From Phoronis australis (lineage: Eukaryota; Animalia; Phoronida), in assembly GCA_002633005.1 (NCBI GenBank), contig NMRA01000620.1:124001-188000 (forward strand): DNA of 64,000 nucleotides, written 5' to 3'. Below, one piece after another: positions 37,686 through 48,200 of the stretch. The notes under the pieces are model-generated. The model was given only the letters and a program-made list of their open reading frames with translations. It had not been told where the DNA came from and made no database searches. Within the stretch, counting starts at the first letter, position 1; each line of letters begins with the position of its first letter. The translations under genes were made by a program, and so were the position numbers.

Positions 37686-40140
37686 GGAGCACGAAAACGG
37701 AAGACTGTGATCGGTTTATAGTGTAATCCATCATCATTCTGAAGTTGTCACTTTCGCAGTAAAATATCTTAGCGAAACTAGAGCCTTCCTATCTAGCCAG
37801 CTAGTTGCATGAAGACTATTTTCAAAATACAGCAAGGTGCCACTGCTTATTGAGCTCAAACAGACCTCGAAACTTCACACAGCCCGGATAGTTAAATGTA
37901 CGCTTGTCACCTCGTCGAAAAGCTTGTATCAACATAAGCTCAAGACCGGCGAGTTTGCATGCAAACTCTGGAAGCTAATTGGCATTCAAGTTGCTCGTTA
38001 CGGCCGTTTAAACGAAAAACATCTGACGTCATCTTCCTGCGTAATTCTCTGCCTTTTGTAACGAAAAAACGTATGTCGTCGTTTTGAAAAGAGTTCATTC
38101 GTGACACGCGCCACTTTCAAAATGTTTTCGACATCTCCCATTAGATGGTGACAACCTCTCAGCAAAATTTGTTCTAAAATTTGGTTCACTGATATCAAAA
38201 TTCCAGAAACATATAGTGAAGTAAAACCAATTCTGATCATTTGTCGTGACGTTTACGTAACCTCGAGGGAGAACGTTTGATTGTAGAACCTGGGAAAAAG
38301 AAACTGAATAATGGGTGACGCAATATTTCATTGCGTCGAAAGTCTACGCAAAAGGTTATACCCTAATTTTAGCAGCAGAATAATTGCAGAAAACCAAATT
38401 TTGCAACGCTGGTAAATAATTTAGATTATTCTAGGAAGACTTTATTCAGTCAGTTTTTACCCACAACGGCGCAAATTTGTATGTTTAATTTAGTAAACAC
38501 CTTCGCACCAAGGCTAGAGCCTTCCGAGCCCTTTGGCGTAAGAACACAACACTTGGCGTTTCGCGTATACTCCAGGGGGTAAAATTTTGAAAATTTTATT
38601 TTCGGGGTAACCTGGTACAGGTAATCCTAAAAAAATTGTCTGTGTTTTCATGTAGAGCGTAAGAATTATTAACCCAGTGATTCAAAAAGAACACTCTCGC
38701 AAACGAAAACGCACAGAATTTTCAGCTCTATTACCCTGGTTAAAAAACAACTTCTATAAGTTTATTGTATGGGATTCTAGTGATCACCAAGGCAAGTCAA
38801 AACTCTTAAGGGGGCGCAATTTCAAACTTTTGACATGAATCAGTGATATAAAAATGGAATTAGACCGACTTTAATTCATCAGCAATGTAAACACAACAGT
38901 TACAGACACTGACTGAGTTTGTTAACGTCTTGTGGCAATGATAAAAATAAATGTTTCTACTATGATTGATAACAAGTTTTACTCTGATGAGGTATCATGC
39001 AATATGCATGTCTAATATGCAGATCGGCAGTTGCAAAAACATTTACTGGATTTAATGAATCCGTTTGATATGAACCACTGTAAAAGTATGATTACTAATT
39101 GTACATTCGAAGCACGCCTCATTAGAATAAAAACATAAACATGCTTGATGTTCCTGGGAGTGCCTCTAGGCATGAATGAAGATATATAGTTGTTCAGCCA
39201 TAGAGGATAACAAGGCTTACATAATATCACACTGAGCCATCTGCACCAGGCATATACAAAGGATACAGTATTTCAAAAGAATCCACAACTACTCATTTTT
39301 CTTAGTCATAACTACTCATTTTTCATAGTATTACTAAATCACGAACACCTAGATTAATATAAGAAGTTACACAGAACGCTGCTGCACAACTTGCTCTCCC
39401 ACATTTATGGGAGGCCTAATTTTCAACATTTAACAACATATATTTTCTATACAAGATTTAAACCAAGCAAAACATGTTAACTCTCCAGGACCAAAATAAA
39501 TTTCTCAAAACCAGAAATTTTAATTAAGCAGGAATTAAAACAATCCAATACATTGAGAATGTTTTCACACAAGGTACCAAAAAACAAACAAAGACTAAAA
39601 TTCACCACGTAAAGACTGAAATTTATCACATCAGCACCTATAATTTATCAAGTGAGGACCAAAAATTCTTCACTTCAGGATCAAAATAAAATACGACCGA
39701 ACTGAAAATTTAATAAGCCACGTTCAAAAACTTACCACGTCAGTAACTTTACACGCCAGAACACCCTGTCACCATCCCCAAGCATTGATCCTTCAAAGTG
39801 ATAATGTTCGTACTATAGGTATAAACAAGGGCTAAATGTTCAACCTCTTGCCGACAAGACATATTATCTTGGAAATGCGGTTGAATTTCTTTCGTCTAAT
39901 CCACGTTTTACAATAGATGCCAATGTATAGGTACCCACTGGATTGCCATCATTGCATAATGGGTGACCACGTTGTCTCCGGGCATGAAAAGAATTCTCTC
40001 CTAGCGTGACACAATAAATCCTGGTTGGCAATTGTTTTTGATTCTACAGAGATTTCAATTCCTGAATAGAAAATGTGTGTTCTGAATTTTTCCGCTTCAG
40101 CTTTCCATTCAGCTAACTATTGCACATCACAGTGTTTTTA

Positions 40141-40620
40141 CTATCCCGTGGCGGCTCCATTGCAACGAATCACTTCTGGTACAACCTTCCGTAAATGACG
40201 TTCGTATTTTGCACATTTCTTCGGGGTAACAGTTTTCCAAGAGCTATATGATCAACGGACAAGTTTCTGTTTGGTATTCGGTTTTATTTTCTTTTTCAGG
40301 TAGTTCTTGAGCTCATGCTCTGAATGTTTTGAAAACGCAACACTTTCTTTACGCAGATACGTTTTCTGCACCTGGGCACCGACTCGGTGAATTTATCAAC
40401 GAAACATTTATTTTTGAAAACGCCCTCAAAAGTGTACTTTTTTAAAACACCGTGTTGACCATAGTCGTCAGTGTAGAAAAGCGAAATGAAAAAAATTGTA
40501 AACACTGCTCAAAGCACTTTTGTGGACATACGGAAACGCCAACGTCTCTGTCTTAACACGCTGCGTGTGCTTGGCATTTCTGATAAAGCGTTCTCATGCT
40601 GGAAACTTTTTTAAGACTGA
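40141..40620 (-). pseudogene. Tc1-like DDE transposase C-terminal remnant (duplicate at +3062 bp)
   Basis: 40317-40141 reads HELKNYLKKKIKPNTKQKLVR*SYSSWKTVTPKKCAKYERHLRKVVPEVIRCNGAATG*. Upstream KFPA*ERFIRNAKHT resembles RFMQDNDPKHT. About 220 bp of unrelated sequence lies between the two parts. Confidence 0.75.
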
Positions 40621-42911
40621 GCACCATTTCAAAAAATTGTATTTTTTCTTACAGCAAAGCACAGAATAATTATTTGGTGATTTTAGGAATGAAACGGAAC
40701 CAAATCTCGAGTGGTGACTGATTAGAATTGGCAAAACTCGGGGAGGGGTGGCGTTACAAGTCAAACATGTAGTTGCCACTTCTCATTCAGCGTCACTTAC
40801 TACCTGAGCTGGCCAGATCATACGCTATAAATATCGCCAGACGCTTTGCTTCTCAAAAATGCACCTTGATGTATTTTCTATCATTTTTTGCCATGGCAAT
40901 CGCTTTACCAAAGATTCACGCACATATGCCACGTAGAGACAAATACCTCTTCACCACGTATTCACATCTTCCAGTTCACAATTGTTTTATTTTACATAAT
41001 TTGTCAATATGTTTTTGACAGAAAATATTTATTTTTGGAACAACGTGAACGACCAACTGATAGGGGCCTACGTGTACTAGTATGTGGCATGTAACTGCTA
41101 GCCCGGATTTTAACGTCACCGATACATGAAAACGGAATGCGCAAAGCTACAATTGCCTGCAGCTTCAACAGTGGTCATTCCGTGTTTGATGTCACCGTGT
41201 TAGTTAGTGGAAATCGGAACCACAGTATGATTTCGAAGTTAGAGCCGTCGAAGTCCATGGGTTTAGGCCATAGTGGACCGTGAATTTCGCCGGGTCAATA
41301 CTATGAAAATAAAATCCCCGGAGTGAGAACTCTTCGCGGTGTAACAACTCACTCACTAATCCTTTATCATGGGCGCGTGATAGGAGACCGGTGAATAACT
41401 TAAAACACGCAAAAACGATGCAGTTTGGCGTTACACAAACAAAATCAATTGTGGGCGAAGACTGCAAAAAACAGCCGCGTTTACAAAATAACTATACAAC
41501 GTTGTATTGACCCGGAAGCAACCGATCTAATACAATTTGTTTACGTCAGGAGTCAAATTAAAGATCAAATGTAAAGAAAACTTTCACGTTTTTCATCCAA
41601 AACTTGTTGCATTGTCCATAATCCAATGTTTACTAATGCCGCTTGCCTTCAACCTTCGAAGTATTGATGTTACACAACCGACGTGAACTCGTGTAACCGA
41701 GACAGCAAAACTAGGTTAATTTATTTGACCCTGTGCTAAGACGAATATGCATCGACACGCAAAGTGGTATGAGCCTGACAACCTATTACGCAACTGCTAC
41801 TATTTAGTTGCCTAAAAATAGCAGTCGACCAGCTGGTCGGCTGATGGCCGGTCGGCTAAAGGGTCGGGTCGGCATGAAGGGTCGGCTGTGGGGTCGCCTT
41901 GTGAGTCGGCACTGCGGGCGGCTGCCGGTCGGCTAATTGTTAGCCGACCGGTCGGCTAATTTGCCGACCGGTCGACGGCTAGTCGTCGACCAATTTCCGA
42001 CCGGGCGGACAAAATTTCGTGATGTGTGCTGTACTTAGCGATATTAAAACGTGCCAATACTTTCTGAGAATAACAGCCTGCCATGTCATTGAGCGAAACT
42101 ACAACCCGGAAAACTGCCATTCTCCTCGGTTTGCGGTGCTGTATAGGTCAGCTGAGTGAGCGGTATGCAGTACACAATAGAGGTACAGTTTTAATAGCAC
42201 CTAACCCACAACGAAGCAGTGACTCGGGAAAAAGCCAGATGCAAGTTAACCTTTGTCCAGTGCATGCCCACGTGCCTGTCAAGGCGTATTCAATTTTCGG
42301 ATATTCTTGAGATACGATAGAGAATGTCATGAATTGACGAAATAATCATAAACAGTGAAAATAACTTACATGTACTTGACTTTTCATTGTTTCATACCCG
42401 CAATGCCTTCGAAAAAAGTCGTCAACTCTCTTTACAAAGGACTCTGAGGATCAATGAACTTAATTCAACGTACAAACTACTGTAGAGGCACACAAAATGA
42501 CATTATCCGCCCTCATGTGAACGACTGCCTCCACAGAACGGCCGGGCTCGTACATAGACCCTATTCACGCGGCGGCCATTAAGATCCAAAGCGAGGCTCA
42601 CTGCGATAAACAAAGCGAAAGTAGACATTGCGTGAGTTAAATAGCCGGTCTTTCGAGTCCAGCCTAGATATTAAATTTTAATGATGTGTCGACAATTAAC
42701 CACAGAGACGTAGAAAATTACATTAGAGAACAAGTTAAGGCGCCAAAGAGTTGTCTGACGAAAGGGTTTAATTTTTTTCGGAAAACTAGGTTCGAAACAT
42801 GAACAGTAAATACGACCAAATTGCGACGATCGCAGTGTTACGGATTAGGTATTATGCTGAATGCAGGGTTACGTTTTTTCTTGTAAATTGTTGATCAAAA
42901 TACTTTCTACN

Positions 42912-44537
42912 GCCGACAAGACATATTATCTTGGAAATGCGGTTGAATTTCTTTCGTCTAATCCACGTTTTACAATAGATGCCAATGTATAGGTACCCAC
43001 TGGATTGCCATCATTGCATAATGGGTGACCACGTTGTCTCCGGGCATGAAAAGAATTCTCTCCTAGCGTGACACAATAAATCCTGGTTGGCAATTGTTTT
43101 TGATTCTACAGAGATTTCAATTCCTGAATAGAAAATGTGTGTTCTGAATTTTTCCGCTTCAGCTTTCCATTCAGCTAACTATTGCACATCACAGTGTTTT
43201 TACTATCCCGTGGCGGCTCCATTGCAACGAATCACTTCTGGTACAACCTTCCGTAAATGACGTTCGTATTTTGCACATTTCTTCGGGGTAACAGTTTTCC
43301 AAGAGCTATATGATCAACGGACAAGTTTCTGTTTGGTATTCGGTTTTATTTTCTTTTTCAGGTAGTTCTTGAGCTCATGCTCTGAATGTTTTGAAAACGC
43401 AACACTTTCTTTACGCAGATACGTTTTCTGCACCTGGGCACCGACTCGGTGAATTTATCAACGAAACATTTATTTTTGAAAACGCCCTCAAAAGTGTACT
43501 TTTTTAAAACACCGTGTTGACCATAGTCGTCAGTGTAGAAAAGCGAAATGAAAAAAATTGTAAACACTGCTCAAAGCACTTTTGTGGACATACGGAAACG
43601 CCAACGTCTCTGTCTTAACACGCTGCGTGTGCTTGGCATTTCTGATAAAGCGTTCTCATGCTGGAAACTTTTTTAAGACTGAGCACCATTTCAAAAAATT
43701 GTATTTTTTCTTACAGCAAAGCACAGAATAATTATTTGGTGATTTTAGGAATGAAACGGAACCAAATCTCGAGTGGTGACTGATTAGAATTGGCAAAACT
43801 CGGGGAGGGGTGGCGTTACAAGTCAAACATGTAGTTGCCACTTCTCATTCAGCGTCACTTACTACCTGAGCTGGCCAGATCATACGCTATAAATATCGCC
43901 AGACGCTTTGCTTCTCAAAAATGCACCTTGATGTATTTTCTATCATTTTTTGCCATGGCAATCGCTTTACCAAAGATTCACGCACATATGCCACGTAGAG
44001 ACAAATACCTCTTCACCACGTATTCACATCTTCCAGTTCACAATTGTTTTATTTTACATAATTTGTCAATATGTTTTTGACAGAAAATATTTATTTTTGG
44101 AACAACGTGAACGACCAACTGATAGGGGCCTACGTGTACTAGTATGTGGCATGTAACTGCTAGCCCGGATTTTAACGTCACCGATACATGAAAACGGAAT
44201 GCGCAAAGCTACAATTGCCTGCAGCTTCAACAGTGGTCATTCCGTGTTTGATGTCACCGTGTTAGTTAGTGGAAATCGGAACCACAGTATGATTTCGAAG
44301 TTAGAGCCGTCGAAGTCCATGGGTTTAGGCCATAGTGGACCGTGAATTTCGCCGGGTCAATACTATGAAAATAAAATCCCCGGAGTGAGAACTCTTCGCG
44401 GTGTAACAACTCACTCACTAATCCTTTATCATGGGCGCGTGATAGGAGACCGGTGAATAAGTTAAAACACGCAAAAACGATGCAGTTTGGCGTTACACAA
44501 ACAAAATCAATTGTGGGCGAAGACTGCAAAAAACAGC
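42912..44537. repeat. Near-identical duplicate of 39850-41475, bounded by single Ns; probable assembly/haplotype duplication
   Basis: Offset 3062; the ORF track repeats at this offset, with one visible substitution. Confidence 0.9.
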
Positions 44538-44538
44538 N

Positions 44539-45212
44539 ACTCACTCACTAATCCTTCATCATGGGCGCGTGATAGGAGACCGGTGAATAACTTAAAACAC
44601 GCAAAAACGATGCAGATTGGCGTTACACAAACAAAATCAATTGTGCGCGAAGACTGCGAAAAATAGCCGCGTTTACAAAATGACTATGCAGCGTTGTATT
44701 GACCGGAAAGCAACCGATCTAATACAAGTTGTTAACGTCAGGAGTCAAATTAAAGATCAAATGTAAAGAAAACTTTCACGTTTTTCATCCAAAACTTGTT
44801 GCATTGTCCATAATCCAATGTTTACTAATGCCGCTTGCCTTCAACCTTCGAAGTAGTGGTGTTACACAATCGACGTGAACTCATGTAACCGAGACAGCAA
44901 AACTAGGTTAATTTTTTTGACCCTGTGCTAAGACGAATATGCATCGACACGCAAAGTGGTATGAGCCTGACAACCTATTACGCAACTGCTACTCTAGCCT
45001 AACAATAGCAGCCGACCAGCTAGTCGTCTGATGGCCGGTCGGCTGAAGGGTCGGCTGAAGGGTCGGCTGTGGGGTCGCCTTATGAGTCGGCACTGCGGGC
45101 GGCTGCCGGTCGGCTAATTTTTAGCCGACCGGTCAGCTAATTTGCCGACCGGTCGACGGCCGGTCGTCGACCAATTTCCGACCGGTCGGCCAAAAATTCG
45201 TGATGTGTGCTG
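44539..45212 (-). mobile_element. End segment of a second, more diverged copy of the 5.4-kb Tc1-like family
   Basis: Homologous to ~41348-42031 with many substitutions. Ends GTGATGTGTGCTG|TA, followed by a different flank (GGATAGGGAG) that matches 46144 onward. Confidence 0.8.
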
Positions 45213-48200
45213 TAGGATAGGGAGTAAACAAATAGTCTCCGCATTGATTGATATAACTGTAACTGATAAACCTGTTAGAAATCATTCCAAACAATAATAC
45301 TGCTTTGATGTACGAAAAGATCCCGAGTGCTACGTCAAATATCGCAACACACATCACAACAAACAAAAATTAACCTGACTGGCGACTGCCGCGAAGTCGA
45401 GATTGGCGAGTACCTCGATCGGTTAACAGGAATCAGTAGNTTGTCCACGAATATAGTAACCTTAGGTCTTTTGGGAATTTGTGGCCACCTGTCGAAGACT
45501 TGCACCAGGGAAATTAGCAGTAATAAGGCTTAGCTCGACGACGTATTTTGATAAAAATTCCATCTTTTACCAGTTGTTTACATGCAGACAGCCACGCATG
45601 CGCAATTTAATCACCACTAGTACAGCAGCGACACCGCGAGGAGAATTCTCCGAATAGCCCCATTGATAGCAAAACGGTTTCATGAGATAAACTCGAAGGA
45701 GCTTCATGAGGGTAATAAGAATTACCTCGCCATGCTCTTTCCCTCAAACATGTATTACCTGTTATTTCCACAGAGTCAGGCGCACCAAATTTTACAACCC
45801 ACCCTATGCCAATCCCCCGCTGAGGACCATAGTAAGTAAATTAAAAAAATGACTTACATACCTTTCTTTAAAAAATAGCTGTTCCTTTTCAAAGACTTTG
45901 TTCGTTGTCTCCGACATAGAAAGTAGGCTTTGACAACAGATCTGCACTGGACGGGAAGATCTTGCTGGTTAGCTGCAGTCAAATGCTTAAAACAATTTTT
46001 TGTCCATTCAGGGACGTTGCAGAAGCGATGCATATCTTCTCTGCACGATACAACTTGAGACCATAAACCTAAAAACAAAAGGTCACGTGAAAACAGACGT
46101 CATAGATTTCCATTTCAACGTGTAATAGATTCCGGAAGACATAGGATAGGGAGTAAACAAATAGTCTCCGCATTGATTGATATAACTGTAACTGATAAAC
46201 CTGTTAGAAATCATTCCAAACAATAATACTGCTTTGATGTACGAAAAGATCCCGAGTGCTACGTCAAATATCGCAACACACATCACAACAAACAAAAATT
46301 AACCTGACTGGCGACTGCCGCGAAGTCGAGATTGGCGAGTACCTCGATCGGTTAACAGGAATCAGTAGAATAAACATGGAATAATCGTTAAAATAAGCAC
46401 AAACCTTACCTTTGTAATAGGGTGTGCTTACTTCCTCTCATGGAAGCACCCTTTTCACGCAATCTCAGTTTCAGTTGGCACAGCTGCAAGCCATTTCACC
46501 ATGCATTTAAAGGGCTCGCGAAATCGAGGCTGCTCATCTATCACCAATAGTACACGCGCGCCCTCTAGTTAATGTGAATTTTCCGAATAGCCCCATTTAT
46601 GAGGAAGGGAAATCTGTATCCACGGCAACGATGGCGCTCGGCTCTTATGCGATGAGGCGGAATTCGTAATATCAGAAATTAGGATGCCGTGGCGGATGCT
46701 TGCAAAGAATGAGACTGAAGTTTGGGCGTAATGTGATCCCCAAATAGAACGTTCTCGCGTTACCTCCAGCCAAACGTTCAAATTATGTTGTTTAAATGAG
46801 TGATTACACCTCATTACAAACTCGGACGGGAATATATAGTCGGAGAATGACTTGACGTAATTTTTCATCTGATTGTATTTTTGTTACTCAAGTTTCTTAC
46901 AGAGCTGGAAATGGGAAAACCCCACTGCCGAATGTTTACTATTCCGAAGGTTCACTTCAGTCTTCGAAAATTCATTACTCGCAGTTTCACTAATCCGAAA
47001 TTATCTAAAATTTCGAAGTCAGGTGTAACTGTTATACATGTACTTTTACATGCAAAAATAAACGACGCTTCCTTTGTTACAGTGTAGATACAAGTGTACT
47101 GAAAACAACTTCCGGGTAAAAATCACTTTGTTTGGGTTTCATGCCCCTTGTGAAATTACCCGAATGTCTTATGAATACGGAAGAGTAAGTACTTGCATTT
47201 CTAAAAGAATATGAAGCAGGAATATTGATCAATTATCAGTCACGATGCATTCATCAATTCCATGTCAAGATCGCATCATTTCCGACCGCGACAGTTAAGG
47301 TTACGGCCGATACGCATTTTAACCTCACCCATCGGAACTACTCGCACCGCCGGGTCGAAACTAAAATAAGGTACTTAGTAGGCTACCCAAAAGTCTCATT
47401 AAAACCGCCGTTGATCGTCGCAGCCCGGACCCGTGCCCCAGACGTTGTCCCTTATTGAGAATGAGCCTTTAGTAAGATTCAAGAATCACGTTTGGTAGTG
47501 ATTGAAACTGAGCTCTTTTGTGGTGTAAATCAATGTTTTAGGAACTATTGAAGTCCTGCAACCATTCAAATGGTTACATGACGGACACAAATATACTTTA
47601 GTCGTGTCAGTTCCGACTCATTAGCAGATAATCAGAGTAACTAACTGTCGGAGTTTAGTTTCGGAATTGTGGACATTCGTCGTAGTGAACTTTCGAAGAT
47701 AGAGAACCTTCCGAGTAGTGAAGCTTCTGACATGTAACCTTGGAAATCTTTTCCATCAAGTTTGTTGCTCGTATGAAATCTACGAGGCTGTGCACCATTG
47801 ACACTGAATGAGAAGAGAAGGCTTACGTCGCTGACCAAAGTTTTAAATAGGTCTAGACTTACTTTTAATACGAAAATTCGGGATTACTCAGTGCAACAAA
47901 ACGCGGTCGTTAAATGTCTGTTTTTTAGAAACGAAACAGTAGTCAGTGAACGTACCGGCGGCGTGTACTGAACCTAAAAGAAAGGAAATGCACACACGTG
48001 TACAAGCATGCATGTCAATCCACCAATCTACAATCAAGACGGACACTGGATAAACAACATATTTGACGATCACTTTCAATTCGAAATGCTGCACGTTATC
48101 CATACTATTCTAGCCAGTACACCAAAGTATCAGATACCAAACCCATTTTCTCCTGTTTTGTTTCTTGGTCGATTAAGACACTCATAAGGAAGTAATTTTT

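Larger units (their letters stand above)
36659..42031 (-). mobile_element. Tc1/mariner-superfamily element (~5.4 kb), TA TSD, CpG-rich GCCGAC/GTCGGC subterminal repeats
   Basis: TA|CAGCACACATCACGAATTTTTGGCCGACCGGTCG ... CGACCGGGCGGACAAAATTTCGTGATGTGTGCTG|TA, ~65-bp imperfect TIRs, with an internal Tc1-like transposase remnant. Confidence 0.85.
42556..45661. mobile_element. ISL2EU-like (PIF/Harbinger group) element ends with convergent YqaJ-type and THAP genes; interior replaced by assembly-junction contigs
   Basis: Left AT|AGACCCTATTCACGCGGCGGCCAT, then + strand FNDVSTINHRDVENYIREQ..KSCLTKGFNFF. Right GAATAGCCCC|AT, with minus-strand YC*FPWCKSSTGGHKFPKDLRLLYSW (THAP). Ns at 42911 and 45440 break continuity. 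Confidence 0.5.
42090..46594 (-). pseudogene. Decayed multi-exon SAP-SWIM(-YqaJ) type transposon gene with element end at 46594
   Basis: SAP-like exon LCQLKLRLREKGASMRGSKHTLLQ R|GT (46410-~46495). Exon 45862-46068 has clean splice sites and reads DLP...VKAYFL...KSLKRNSYFLKKG. SWIM-flanking fragment SHCFVVG*VLLKLY...DLYST...W at ~42100-42225. End is GAATAGCCCC|AT. Confidence 0.45.

Noticed and set aside
39850-44537. 1.6-kb direct repeat as an LTR pair or real tandem duplication
   Set aside because: The second copy starts and ends at single Ns, lacks TG..CA ends and TSD, and is nearly identical; an assembly artefact is more likely.
45862-46068. Cys-rich phase-1 exon as a secreted peptide or toxin
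   Set aside because: No clean signal-peptide exon; motifs and the upstream SAP exon fit a decayed transposon gene better.
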